DNA from: Desulfotomaculum sp.
GTDB lineage: Bacteria; Bacillota; Desulfotomaculia; Desulfotomaculales; Nap2-2B
Reading direction: 5' to 3'
NCBI GenBank assembly: GCA_003513005.1
Contig: DOTD01000073.1
Coordinates: forward strand, 22,110 to 86,109
Length of the DNA stretch: 64,000 nt
A program made the translations under genes and the position numbers. Shown piece after piece: positions 34,608-44,169 of the stretch. Position 1 is the first letter of the stretch; each line of letters opens with the position of its first letter. The notes under the pieces are model-generated. The model was not told the DNA's origin. It saw only the letters and a program-made list of their open reading frames with translations, and did not search any database.

Positions 34608-35069
34608 TTATTTTTTTAAAGAAACGCAGACCGGACAATAACCGTTGTCGACCAGGACTGTTGACCTTGCTTCATCCCAGACTACTTTGGCGCCCAAAGA
34701 CTCCGCGAGCGCTTTCAGGGGCACGTAAAGCCGTCCTCCGATGATTATTGCGCTGACATCCAAATTGATTTTCGCGCCGTTCTTAAATGCCGTCGCGCTG
34801 CCGGGGGTTAAGCGGATAATATCCTGCTTTCTTGTTATAGTTACGGTTCTGGTAACGGCGTTCCATTTTACTTCAGCCCCCAGTTGTTCTGAAAACACCC
34901 TGCAGGAAACCAATGTATGTCCATTCTCGATGAGAATATCGGAGCTGTTAAGAATCTGACCATTGACATTCACATGAATCTGGCGGGCCATTCCAGGCGC
35001 CGGAAAGAAAACGCTTTGGAAAAAAACCATGACTGCTGCAAAAACCAGGAATATCTTTAAACGATACAT
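34608..35069 (-). CDS. Secreted copper-amine-oxidase N-terminal ('stalk') domain protein with a C-terminal CPVC
   Basis: A signal peptide is present. VNGQILNSSDILIENGHTLVSCRVFSEQLGAEVKW.....IIGGRLYVPLKALAESLGAKVVWD fits the Cu_amine_oxidN1 repeat pattern. The protein ends ..DNGYCPVCVSLKK. Confidence 0.65.
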   Translation of the reverse strand: MYRLKIFLVFAAVMVFFQSVFFPAPGMARQIHVNVNGQILNSSDILIENGHTLVSCRVFSEQLGAEVKWNAVTRTVTITRKQDIIRLTPGSATAFKNGAKINLDVSAIIIGGRLYVPLKALAESLGAKVVWDEARSTVLVDNGYCPVCVSLKK

Positions 35070-35226
35070 AGTTATATAACTCCTTTTTTTCTTTTGATTG
35101 TCCCCTTCATCGGTTTTTTATTATTTGTGCGGCAATTGCTTTACATCACTGTCATCTCCCCCGGAACTGGTTTTTATCTTTTAGCGAAAGGCCTGATCTG
35201 CAGGGATCGCTCTCTGGTCCCTGCCT

Positions 35227-35259
35227 AAAAAACCGCTTCTTTAATAATCAGGCAGCGGT
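35227..35259 (-). terminator. Intrinsic terminator after ftsH
   Basis: The minus strand reads ACCGCT-(16-nt loop)-AGCGGT followed by TTTTTT. Confidence 0.5.
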
Positions 35260-35267
35260 CTTTTAAT

Positions 35268-37091
35268 TTAAGCCTTGTTTTCTTCCTCCCCGGCCTGTTT
35301 CATCAGGGCGTCAAACTCTTCGGCTTCCAGCGTCTCTTTTTCCATTAAAGTATTGGCTGTCAAATGCAGGGCATTGATATGCTTCTTCAAAATTTCCTTA
35401 GCCAGGTTATAGTTAATTTCCACAACCCTGTGCACTTCCTTGTCGATTGCGGCCGCAACTTCTTCTCCGTAGTTGCGGTCCCGCGCCAGGTCACGGCCCA
35501 GGAATATTGTTTCCTGCTTGCGGCCCAGAGTCAGAGGGCCAAGGTTTTCACTCATTCCGTATTCCATAATCATTCGCCGGACAATCTCGGTAGAACGCTC
35601 CAAATCATTCTGTGCGCCGGTGCTGATCTCCCCCAGAACAAGATCCTCGGCGACCCTGCCGGCAAGAAGCATAGTCACCTGATCAAGCAGCATGGATTTT
35701 GTCATATAATAACGGTCTTCCTTGGGCAGAAGCAGCGTGTAGCCTCCTGCGCGGCCTCTCGGTATGATGGAAACTTTGTGTACCGGATCAGTATTTGGCA
35801 GCAGGTATCCGACCACGGCATGCCCGGCCTCGTGATAGGAGACAAGCTTTTTCTCCTTCTCGCTGATGACTTTGGACTTTTTTTCGGGACCTGCAATCAC
35901 ACGCTCAATAGAGCTTTCCAACTCCCGCATGCCGATTTCTTTTTTACCGACGCGGGCAGCTAATAAAGCAGCTTCATTGACCAGGTTGGCCAGATCCGCT
36001 CCTGTAAAGCCGGGTGTGCGCCTGGCCAGAATATCCAGGTCTACATCGTCACTTAGGGGTTTGCCCTTGACATGGACCTTTAAAATTTCTTTGCGTCCGG
36101 TAATGTCCGGTATGTCGACGGTTACCTCCCGGTCAAACCTGCCGGGACGCAGCAGAGCCGGATCCAGGATATCAGGCCTGTTGGTAGCCGCGATAACAAT
36201 AATCCCCTCATTGGGGCTGAAACCATCCATTTCCACGAGAAGCTGGTTCAAGGTCTGCTCCCTCTCGTCATGCCCTCCTCCCAGGCCTGCCCCTCTCTGA
36301 CGGCCCACCGCGTCAATTTCATCAATAAAGACGATACAGGGAGCATTTTTCTTGGCCTGTTCAAACAGATCCCGTACCCGTGAAGCTCCGACGCCGACGA
36401 ACATCTCTACAAAATCGGAACCGCTGATGCTGAAAAAAGGCACTCCCGCCTCCCCGGCAACAGCTTTGGCAAGAAGGGTTTTTCCTGTTCCGGGAGCGCC
36501 GAAGAGCAGCACCCCCCTGGGGATACGAGCTCCGAGCTCGGTAAATTTTTTAGGGCTCTTCAGAAATTCAACCAGTTCGATAAGCTCTTCTTTTGCCTCA
36601 TCGGCGCCGGCAACATCTGCAAAAGTAACTTTTTTTCTTTCGTCAGTGTGCAGCTTAGCCCTGCTCTTCCCAAACGACATCACCCTGTTGCCGCCGCCCT
36701 GTGTCTGCTGCATCATAAAAAAGAAGAGCAGGACAAAGATGAGGATCGGTAAAATACCTGTCAGGATATTTGTCCATAAACCCGGCGGAGGCGCTTCTTG
36801 CGTGGTAAACTTGACCTTTTTCTCCGAGAGGAGCGTGATTAGATCGGCATCGTTCTTTAAGCCGGTTGTTTTAAACTTCACGCCGTCCTTTTTTGTGCCG
36901 GTAATTAAATTGGTTGTATCCTTGGCCTGGATAGTAACCTCCTGTACCTGCCCCTGATTTACGAAATCAAGAAACTGATCATAACGCCAGGTCTTTACGT
37001 CAACGTTTTGAGGCTGCGCGTATTTAAGCAGAGCTATGATTACCAACAGGATTAGCAAATAAATACTGAGGTTCTTGAGAATCCTGTTCAA
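35268..37091 (-). CDS. ftsH: ATP-dependent zinc metalloprotease FtsH
   Basis: Contains Walker A GAPGTGKT, the SRH motif and the zinc site HEAGHA. The start is moved to TTG 37091 (AAGGAG plus 8 nt), giving (M)[15 protein letters not shown] like other FtsH N-termini. Confidence 0.95.
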   Translation of the reverse strand: MNRILKNLSIYLLILLVIIALLKYAQPQNVDVKTWRYDQFLDFVNQGQVQEVTIQAKDTTNLITGTKKDGVKFKTTGLKNDADLITLLSEKKVKFTTQEAPPPGLWTNILTGILPILIFVLLFFFMMQQTQGGGNRVMSFGKSRAKLHTDERKKVTFADVAGADEAKEELIELVEFLKSPKKFTELGARIPRGVLLFGAPGTGKTLLAKAVAGEAGVPFFSISGSDFVEMFVGVGASRVRDLFEQAKKNAPCIVFIDEIDAVGRQRGAGLGGGHDEREQTLNQLLVEMDGFSPNEGIIVIAATNRPDILDPALLRPGRFDREVTVDIPDITGRKEILKVHVKGKPLSDDVDLDILARRTPGFTGADLANLVNEAALLAARVGKKEIGMRELESSIERVIAGPEKKSKVISEKEKKLVSYHEAGHAVVGYLLPNTDPVHKVSIIPRGRAGGYTLLLPKEDRYYMTKSMLLDQVTMLLAGRVAEDLVLGEISTGAQNDLERSTEIVRRMIMEYGMSENLGPLTLGRKQETIFLGRDLARDRNYGEEVAAAIDKEVHRVVEINYNLAKEILKKHINALHLTANTLMEKETLEAEEFDALMKQAGEEENKA

Positions 37092-37122
37092 TAAAGCCAC
37101 TCCTTCTTAGTTTATACTATCC

Positions 37123-37153
37123 TTAGCAAGTAGGGACGGTTCTTGCTTGCTAG
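37123..37153. repeat. Diverged, inverted relative of the 29-nt hairpin repeat
   Basis: The sequence ttagcaagtagggacggttcttgcttgctag has a loop, GGGACGGTTC, that resembles the reverse complement of the conserved loop in the 14923 and 18225 copies. Confidence 0.4.
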
Positions 37154-37158
37154 CTACT

Positions 37159-37187
37159 CTGAAAATACTTTACATTAGGGAGGTCAA
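37159..37187. repeat. Copy D (partial) of the ~48-nt intergenic repeat family
   Basis: Sequence ctgaaaatactttacattagggaggtcaa, in the tilS-ftsH spacer. Confidence 0.55.
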
Positions 37188-37225
37188 TTAATAAAAATTG
37201 TAACACATCCCGTACTTTGTTTCAA

Positions 37226-38647
37226 TTATGCCATTGTTGCGGAGCTTCCCAGAATCTGAAGATAAAGACAGCTGACAGTCCCGCCGGAAACTTTCCAGTC
37301 CCGGGATAAACGCAGGCCGCCAACCCAGACAATATCGTCCCCGCTGACCACCAATGGAATCCTGTCCCGTTTATAACGGGCTATCTTGCTGTCAATTAAA
37401 AACTTTTTAAGCTTCAGCGTCCCGCCCAGCCCAAAAGGAGAAAAAACATCCCCTTCCAAACGTCTGCGCACATAGAGGGGGTATTTAATAAGGTTATAAT
37501 CGAGCAGGGCTTCATTGGGAGATATTTCGGAAAACGGCGGGGCATCCTTGATGTCGATTATTTCCGCTTGAATACAAAGATCTATTTCGGGAACATAAGT
37601 CACACCGGGTACAATTAAAGGGCGCCTGTAGGGAAGTACGGGAACCGGTTCCGCTTCCCGGAAAAACTGCAGAACATTGTTAGTCTTCAGCGCACGGATT
37701 CCCCTTGGAAGAATCATAACCCGCCCGCCGGCTTTTTTGTGCAATAATTCCATCAGTTTTTCGACATGGTGGTAAGAAAGTTCCTTCGTCTTTCCGGTTA
37801 CCTCATTCCAGGCCAGACGCAACACGCGCCGGCAGAGCGGGGCAGATAAGGCTCGCAGCATATTATTATCTAAAACAACCGTACCGTTCTTCCCGTTTAC
37901 TTTTATTTTTCCCAGATTAATCAGGGCCAGTTCCTCAAGGTAAGAATCCTCTTCGCTGCAAAGATTGCCCAACTGCACCAGCGTCTGGATTATTTGAGGG
38001 TTATATTCGCGTTCCAGCAAAGGCAGCAAATTCAAGCGAATACGATTCCGGGTATAAACAGGTTTCAGATTCGAGCTGTCCTGCCTGACAGGCAACTGTT
38101 GCTGAAGGCAATATTCTTCTATTTCCTTGCGGCGTATTTCCAGGAGCGGGCGGATAAACAGGCCGCGTACATAAGAAATGCCTTTTAAGCCGCTTATGCC
38201 GGCGCCGCGCAGAAAGTTGAGAAGGATCGTTTCCGCCTGATCGTCCGCGTGATGTCCCAGGGCTACCCTGCCGGCGCCCAACTTGCCGGCAAGCTGTCCG
38301 AAGAAAGAAAAACGAATTTCCCTGCACGCCTCCTGAAGAGATAAACCCGAGTTTTTATGATAGCTTTTCACATCAGCTTCTTCTATATAACAGGGCAGCT
38401 CCAATTTTTTTGAAAACTCCCTGACCGAACGGGCGTCCTCTTCCGCCTCCTCGCCCCGGAGCTGATGGTTCAGGTGGGCGACGACCGGGACTATCTGCAA
38501 GTCATCCTTCAAAACCCACAAAACGTGCAGCAAGGCGATTGAATCAGGCCCCCCGGAGACACCGATTAAAACCTTGTCTCCGGGTTTTAGCATTCCCATT
38601 TTCTCGATCAGCAATCTAACCCGTTTAACCAAGTCAATTCCAGCCAA
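37226..38647 (-). CDS. tilS: tRNA(Ile)-lysidine synthetase
   Basis: Contains the PP-loop VLIGVSGGPDS. The start is probably TTG 38647 (SD AAGGTG); the maximal ORF reaches 38665. Confidence 0.9.
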   Translation of the reverse strand: MAGIDLVKRVRLLIEKMGMLKPGDKVLIGVSGGPDSIALLHVLWVLKDDLQIVPVVAHLNHQLRGEEAEEDARSVREFSKKLELPCYIEEADVKSYHKNSGLSLQEACREIRFSFFGQLAGKLGAGRVALGHHADDQAETILLNFLRGAGISGLKGISYVRGLFIRPLLEIRRKEIEEYCLQQQLPVRQDSSNLKPVYTRNRIRLNLLPLLEREYNPQIIQTLVQLGNLCSEEDSYLEELALINLGKIKVNGKNGTVVLDNNMLRALSAPLCRRVLRLAWNEVTGKTKELSYHHVEKLMELLHKKAGGRVMILPRGIRALKTNNVLQFFREAEPVPVLPYRRPLIVPGVTYVPEIDLCIQAEIIDIKDAPPFSEISPNEALLDYNLIKYPLYVRRRLEGDVFSPFGLGGTLKLKKFLIDSKIARYKRDRIPLVVSGDDIVWVGGLRLSRDWKVSGGTVSCLYLQILGSSATMA

Positions 38648-38685
38648 AAATCGACACCTTAACACAAAATTTTATACATTTTATA

Positions 38686-41193
38686 CTATATATTTCCACA
38701 CTGATACGCTTTTCCCTCCATTTTTTTATCAAAGCTTCTTTTTTCAAAACATACCGTCAATATAGATATGTCGTCGGGAATCCTATCCGCCCCTCCAACG
38801 CTGGTAACGGCTAAATTCAGGAGCAGGTCCGCAAGATCCTGCGGTTCAATTTCACCCGCCCCTTGAATTACATCCCTCAGCCAATTTTCCTTGCCGGCAG
38901 GCCCGCTGTAGATGTCCAGCATCCCATCGCTTACCATAACCACAAGATCACCCGGTGTAAGCCTTCTTGAAACGGTTACAACATCAATATCTTTTATAAT
39001 CCCCACTGGAAGCGAATTAGCCCTGACTGAATTAACTCTTTTACCCTGCTTCAGGAAACTCGGCGGAGCGCCAATTTTTGTAAACTCAGCCTGCCCGGTA
39101 TACAAATCAAGAATTATTAAATCAACCGTAGCGAAACTGTCCCCGGGGAACCTTAACATCATCAGAGAGTTTACAGTTTTAACAGCCAGTTCCCGGCCCA
39201 AGCCCGATTCCAGAAGATTCTTCAGCAAAGCCAGGGCGGCGCCGCTTTCAAGCGCCGCGCTCTCTCCGGCGCCCATCCCGTCGCTCAACATGAAGGCAAA
39301 CTCTCCCCCTTTTAAATGAACAAAAGCGTGACTGTCGCCACAGACAACGTTTCCTCCCTTGCCTATTTTGGCGATGCCTACTTTGGCCTGGTATTTGAGT
39401 CCGGGATATAACCTTAAAAAACAAAGGTCTTCCCCCAGGGGGCCTGCGCAATTAACCGACGGCGCCGATAAAGGTCCTTTAAAGAAACGTGAAATAGCCG
39501 GGATCAGCCTTGCAGAGCAATCAAGGTTATCTGCGCAGGGCAGTCTGCTTATACCCACCTCAATACCATAATCATCATTACGGGACATTTTGACATCGGT
39601 AACCGGAATGCCCGAACGCTTCAGCTTGTCCTTCAGATATACTTCCCTGCCGGCAAACTCCCGGACTTCCAACTGCAGTTCTGAAGACATATCTTCAACT
39701 ATTTCAGACATACCCTTGAGCTGCTCGGAAACTATTTCCTTGCTTTCCAGAACACGCTTGGTCCAGTAGAGGTTTAATTTGTATGTATCATACAGACACG
39801 ATATTGTTATGGCCAGTTCCCTGGCCCGCGTACAGCGCCTTTTTAAAAACTCCGGCAAATCTGAAACCGTTACCTGTCCGTACAGTTCAACCTGGGCGAA
39901 GGCATCCAACAGGCTCTGATAGGTAAGATAAAATTTCCGCTCCCAGCAGATTTGATATATGCCGCAGCCGTTGCATACCTTTTGACCTATTTCCCTGAAA
40001 AGAGCCTGAAGCGCAGGCTCGCGGCGTTCTTCCGGGGCAGCCGCGCAAGTTTGAGCATACCCCAGTGAAAGATCTTTCAAAACACACGACCATTTACTCA
40101 GCCTTTTTCTAATCAACCCCTCCAACCTGCCGCCGGTTGAAAGAGGAGCTGTATTCCCGGATATAATCAGGGAAAAAGACTCCGCAAGCTGCTCAATTTT
40201 TCGGGATGGAAATAAAAAAAATAAAACAATGGCCAAACAGCTTTCAATGACTGCGGCGATCAGATTCCCGAAGTTTTTAATGTAAATAAGCAAAATAAGA
40301 TTGCCGGCTAAAAAACCCGCCGCAACTCCCTGTTTCCCCAGACCCCTGCAGAATCCCGCCACAAAGCCCGCAAAGGAATATACTCCTGTTAAAACAGGAA
40401 CAGTCACATAGGCCAAACCCGGGATAATTCCCATCAGGGCTCCGGCAACAGCGCCCTGGCCCATACCTCCTCCACAGGCAAGGACAAGAATGATCAACCG
40501 GCTCAGCAGTCCCTGGAGAGAAACTCCCCTGAACTCAAGCCCGCTTGTGCCCGCCAGGATACCTGCCAAAAGGATCAAAGCAGACAGCAGTTCTTCGGCC
40601 TCCGGGCCTTGCGGACTGCTTATTCTTGATAAGTAAGGAAGAGCTTTTAAAAATATAAAAGTAAATAAGCCGGCAAAAACCGCTTCAAAAGTAATGCTGA
40701 TATAATCATAAGCAGAAAAATCAATAAAGATGAGACAGCCAATCTTTAGAATCAGGCTGAGCGCAAAAACCACGGCTGGGATCACAATTGAGGGGTTTTT
40801 AACATTATCCTGCGAATAGAGAAGGAATATCCAGACCAGCATTACCGCCGCGCAGTCCACCATCAGGGAGAGTCCCTGAAAAACCGTTGCCAGTCCCAGG
40901 ATAAGTCCAACGACAGCCAGCAAAGATGAAGCGGGCATAATAATGGCGACGGCTCCGGCAAAGGCAGCTGCAAAAGGGACAAGTTCACCGAATAAAACTG
41001 ATCTGCCCAGAAAAAAGCCCGCCGCCAGGAGAAAAAACTGCTTTCCGGAAACAGAGGTTCCAACTTTGGCGGGCAGGCTGTTCTTGTTGTTTTTGGCAGT
41101 ATGCTTGACAGGCTTTTTCTTTCTAATCCCCTGTTTTTTCCCCGACCGGCGAAATGGATAAACTTCAGACTTGTTTGACACCTTAAGCCCCAC
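38686..41193 (-). CDS. spoIIE: Stage II sporulation protein E (membrane PP2C phosphatase)
   Basis: 835 aa with about ten N-terminal TM helices and a C-terminal PP2C/SpoIIE domain (..GDSHAF..LSDGMGAGE..VSDGMLD..). Confidence 0.9.
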   Translation of the reverse strand: MGLKVSNKSEVYPFRRSGKKQGIRKKKPVKHTAKNNKNSLPAKVGTSVSGKQFFLLAAGFFLGRSVLFGELVPFAAAFAGAVAIIMPASSLLAVVGLILGLATVFQGLSLMVDCAAVMLVWIFLLYSQDNVKNPSIVIPAVVFALSLILKIGCLIFIDFSAYDYISITFEAVFAGLFTFIFLKALPYLSRISSPQGPEAEELLSALILLAGILAGTSGLEFRGVSLQGLLSRLIILVLACGGGMGQGAVAGALMGIIPGLAYVTVPVLTGVYSFAGFVAGFCRGLGKQGVAAGFLAGNLILLIYIKNFGNLIAAVIESCLAIVLFFLFPSRKIEQLAESFSLIISGNTAPLSTGGRLEGLIRKRLSKWSCVLKDLSLGYAQTCAAAPEERREPALQALFREIGQKVCNGCGIYQICWERKFYLTYQSLLDAFAQVELYGQVTVSDLPEFLKRRCTRARELAITISCLYDTYKLNLYWTKRVLESKEIVSEQLKGMSEIVEDMSSELQLEVREFAGREVYLKDKLKRSGIPVTDVKMSRNDDYGIEVGISRLPCADNLDCSARLIPAISRFFKGPLSAPSVNCAGPLGEDLCFLRLYPGLKYQAKVGIAKIGKGGNVVCGDSHAFVHLKGGEFAFMLSDGMGAGESAALESGAALALLKNLLESGLGRELAVKTVNSLMMLRFPGDSFATVDLIILDLYTGQAEFTKIGAPPSFLKQGKRVNSVRANSLPVGIIKDIDVVTVSRRLTPGDLVVMVSDGMLDIYSGPAGKENWLRDVIQGAGEIEPQDLADLLLNLAVTSVGGADRIPDDISILTVCFEKRSFDKKMEGKAYQCGNI

Positions 41194-41302
41194 CTCTTAT
41201 ACACTCAATTAAGGGTTGGCATCCCTTAACTTTAGATTATAGTATAAGAGACAGGCATATATTGTCATTACTGGTAATACGCGTTATTTTTCTACCGACA
41301 AA

Positions 41303-42193
41303 TTACAACCCGCCGCTTGCCTCCCGAATAGCAATGCCGTACAGGAGATCCGCTTCACTGACTTTCAGCCGGAGCAGATCCAAATATAAAAGGATCTGCT
41401 TAACGATCCGCACTCCCGCTATTATTATATCCGCCCGTTCCGGCTGAAGTCCCGGTAAATAGCGGCGTTCTTCAAGCGAAAGAGAGGATAATAAGGATAG
41501 CGTTTTTTCGACTTGTCCCGCTGATAAGTCGAAACCGTGCACCAGCGAAGGGTTATAAACTCGAAGGGAAAGGGATATGGCCGCGATGGTGGTTACTGTC
41601 CCGCCAACCCCGATAAGTTCTACAGGAGAAATATTTCGTATTTCCTCTAGAGGGGAAACCAGCAGGGAAAGAATCTCCGCGTCAGTAAAACTGCCTTCTG
41701 TGACGCGTACCGCGCCAACCTCCACACTCCGGCAGCGCAACCCGTTCCGCTCTTTCCAGGTAAACTCGGTACTTCCGCCGCCAAGGTCCATAACGACCGT
41801 GTTTGGACTGTCAATACTCATACGTAATCCGCTCAGCGCTCCCTGGTAACTCAAGAGAGCTTCCTCGGGGCCGGGCAGCACTTTAACTTCAAAGCCGGTC
41901 CTCTCGAAAACAGCGCTCAGAAAATCCTCACGGTTAACCGCGTTTCGGACTGCGCTTGTTGCTGCGATAACAACCTTTTCAACCTGCCAATCGGGGATCC
42001 TTTTTAAATAATCCTCAATTACGGCCACAGTGTTGCTGATTGCCGGGGGTATAAGTATGGCGGTTCCAATTCCCTTACCCAATCTGGCAGTAACGAGATC
42101 GGTGTGCAGAGGTTTTACTTCTTTCAGACTGCTTACTTCCGCGATCAGCAGGCGGGTTGAGTTTGTGCCGATATCAATTACTGCGACTCTCAT
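41303..42193 (-). CDS. Ppx/GppA-family phosphatase
   Basis: MRVAVIDIGTNSTRLLIAE and DLGGGSTEF are ASKHA motifs of the Ppx/GppA family. Confidence 0.8.
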   Translation of the reverse strand: MRVAVIDIGTNSTRLLIAEVSSLKEVKPLHTDLVTARLGKGIGTAILIPPAISNTVAVIEDYLKRIPDWQVEKVVIAATSAVRNAVNREDFLSAVFERTGFEVKVLPGPEEALLSYQGALSGLRMSIDSPNTVVMDLGGGSTEFTWKERNGLRCRSVEVGAVRVTEGSFTDAEILSLLVSPLEEIRNISPVELIGVGGTVTTIAAISLSLRVYNPSLVHGFDLSAGQVEKTLSLLSSLSLEERRYLPGLQPERADIIIAGVRIVKQILLYLDLLRLKVSEADLLYGIAIREASGGL

Positions 42194-42252
42194 AAATCTT
42201 CCTTAATAGTATAATACTTAAGGGGCATTCGAGAACGCCCCTGGTTTTATCT

Positions 42253-42645
42253 CTACTCTTCACGCCTTGCCGAACCCCGGCCGCCACGCTTAGCTTCTGT
42301 GCTGCGCCTGAGGTGAGTCTGCTTTTCATCACTTTCTTTAAGAAACTTATTTAATTTTTCTTCAAAAGAAGCAGCCAGCCTGCCCCTTTGAAAACTATTT
42401 TCCCCTTTTATAATTTCAACCTGCTTGATGGACAAGCCTATCTTACCGCGGGGATCAATCGAGATTACTTTAACTGCCACACGATCATTTTCTTTTAAAA
42501 AGTCATTAATGTCCCTTACATAAATTCTGGCAACTTCCGATATATGAACTAAACCCGTTTCGCCATCCGGGAGTTGAATAAAAGCGCCAAAATTAGTGAT
42601 CCCCTTGACAACCCCTTCTATAACACTCCCTATTTTAGCCGGCAT
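42253..42645 (-). CDS. yabR: S1 RNA-binding domain protein (YabR-like)
   Basis: GSVIEGVVKGITNFGAFIQLPDGETGLVHISEV is an S1 fold, and the gene occupies the yabR position. Confidence 0.8.
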   Translation of the reverse strand: MPAKIGSVIEGVVKGITNFGAFIQLPDGETGLVHISEVARIYVRDINDFLKENDRVAVKVISIDPRGKIGLSIKQVEIIKGENSFQRGRLAASFEEKLNKFLKESDEKQTHLRRSTEAKRGGRGSARREE

Positions 42646-42731
42646 AACCCTTTTTAGTTATCCTCCTTGAAGCCAGAAAAGACCTATGTAAATTATATGC
42701 AGGAGGATAAAAAGGTGTCAAGAGATCTTCT

Positions 42732-43094
42732 TTATTGTTTTTTATCTGGTTGAGTGGTTATAATCCGGGATTCGCCGGACTTAACCAACCCTAATTTCTC
42801 TCTTGCCATTTGTTCAATATATTGATCTGACTGAACAAGTTTTAACTGCTCGCGCATTTGAAGATTTTTTCCCTGCAGCTCGACCACCTTTTGTTGAACT
42901 TCCTTCATTTCGTTCTGCATCGCATAGAGCTTTTTAAACTGCAGTGTAATGGAAACAACCAGGTAAATCAGCAGTATAATAAGTATAATAGACGAGATTT
43001 TGCTAACAGAAAAACGGAAGTTTTTCTTATATCCGGAAAGGATTCTAAGTGAGCTGTTTCTTTCTCTTTTCTGCCGGCGGATTGACAAGATCAA
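42732..43094 (-). CDS. divIC: Septum formation initiator (DivIC/FtsB family)
   Basis: A single TM helix followed by a coiled coil (..EVQQKVVELQGKNLQMREQLKLVQSD..), in the conserved locus position. Confidence 0.8.
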   Translation of the reverse strand: MILSIRRQKRERNSSLRILSGYKKNFRFSVSKISSIILIILLIYLVVSITLQFKKLYAMQNEMKEVQQKVVELQGKNLQMREQLKLVQSDQYIEQMAREKLGLVKSGESRIITTQPDKKQ

Positions 43095-43348
43095 GATTCC
43101 CTTTCCTCCTCTTCGTCTACGCCAAAAATCCCCAGGCCCCCGCTGATTACTATAACTACCTCATATCCTTTATTGCGGGCACGGTTAAACAATGTTGCCA
43201 CCGTACTGGCGCTCAGGCGAAGCTTTTGGGCAATCTGCTCGCTAGAATGCCCCATTTCTTTCAATACAACCACCTGGCGCTCGCGAAAACTCAGTTTCTC
43301 AACGCCTCGAATTTCTATTTGCAAGGATATTACCCCGATTGTCCACAA
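43091..43348 (-). CDS. Small LuxR/sigma-70-region-4-type HTH protein
   Basis: LSFRERQVVVLKEMGHSSEQIAQKLRLSASTVATLFNRARNKG is an HTH. The stop overlaps the divIC start (ATGA). Confidence 0.55.
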   Translation of the reverse strand: MWTIGVISLQIEIRGVEKLSFRERQVVVLKEMGHSSEQIAQKLRLSASTVATLFNRARNKGYEVVIVISGGLGIFGVDEEEERES

Positions 43349-43408
43349 TACTTGTACAATTTGTTGACATATTTATTTTAATATTCTTTATTCCATAATA
43401 AAATCCTT

Positions 43409-43780
43409 CTACACAAAGAAAAAAATCTTACAAATCCTTTTTAATGTCTTAATAAAATGCCGATAGCCGGAAACAGGCAGGCTAAAAATTCTGCAAAAAA
43501 ACAAATGAAAGACCCGGCTTAAAAGCTTTGAATAAAACAAAACTCCAAGGACCAATCCCAGAAGAACATAAAAACGTACTTCACCCTGGTTAACCAAAAG
43601 AAGAAGAACAATTACTCCTGCGGTTAACAACAACCAAAAAAGGAGGTCGCCTATAAAAACGGCTCTTTTTTTAATATACAGAATCCGTCCGCAAGCCCTG
43701 TATAAATCGTATAGCGCTCCGGCTATAAAACCGATTCCAACAATACAGGCGAAGGCAAACAAGCTCTCACTAAAGGCCAT
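43409..43780 (-). CDS. yabQ: Spore cortex biosynthesis protein YabQ
   Basis: YDLYRA...IGDLLFWLL...NQGEVRFYVLLGLVLGVLFY fits the YabQ pattern. Confidence 0.8.
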   Translation of the reverse strand: MAFSESLFAFACIVGIGFIAGALYDLYRACGRILYIKKRAVFIGDLLFWLLLTAGVIVLLLLVNQGEVRFYVLLGLVLGVLFYSKLLSRVFHLFFCRIFSLPVSGYRHFIKTLKRICKIFFFV

Positions 43781-43792
43781 TTATCACCACCA

Positions 43793-44077
43793 TCACTTGC
43801 GCAAACGGCCGAATATCTTATTCTTTTCCCGGGTCCTCCGGATAGCTTTGGATTTCTCCTTGAACTGGATTAGTGCAAAAAATCCCTGTGCGATAAGCGT
43901 GCCTTTTTCAAGATCGAGTTGAGTTATTCTTAAACCTTCTCCTTTGAGAGATAAAATACCCATATTGGTGTCCAGCATAATCTCATCATCGTTGAATTTT
44001 TCTACATGTTTAACACCGGCAAGCGCCAGATCCTTCCGGTCGGTGAGGATCACTTTATTTCCGGCCTGTTCCTCCAT
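43793..44077 (-). CDS. yabP: Sporulation protein YabP
   Basis: 94 aa with LTDRKDLALAGVKHVEKFNDDEIMLDTNMGILSLKGEGLRI. Confidence 0.85.
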   Translation of the reverse strand: MEEQAGNKVILTDRKDLALAGVKHVEKFNDDEIMLDTNMGILSLKGEGLRITQLDLEKGTLIAQGFFALIQFKEKSKAIRRTREKNKIFGRLRK

Positions 44078-44169
44078 TTTAACCTTCTCCTTACCGAGAT
44101 TTATATATTCTTATGCCTTGGAGAAGGGGGAATATGCGCAAAAAAAAACGGCCCTTAAGGGCCGCTATG

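Noticed and set aside
35364-36957. Long plus-strand ORFs in the track, such as 35364..35963 and 36352..36957. Similar ORFs occur opposite other genes (2092..2451, 6661..7131, 11554..12030, 32389..32865).
   Set aside because: They lie entirely antisense to strongly supported genes (ftsH, wecB, acsE, acsC, the 1015-aa gene). They have no SD, and their low-complexity, Arg/Ser/Pro-rich translations are typical of shadow frames.
37092-37225. Absence of hpt (hprT) between tilS and ftsH as a sign of deletion
   Set aside because: The tilS-hprT-ftsH order is a Bacillus feature and is not universal in Clostridia. The spacer instead carries copies of the two repeat families, which are reported separately.
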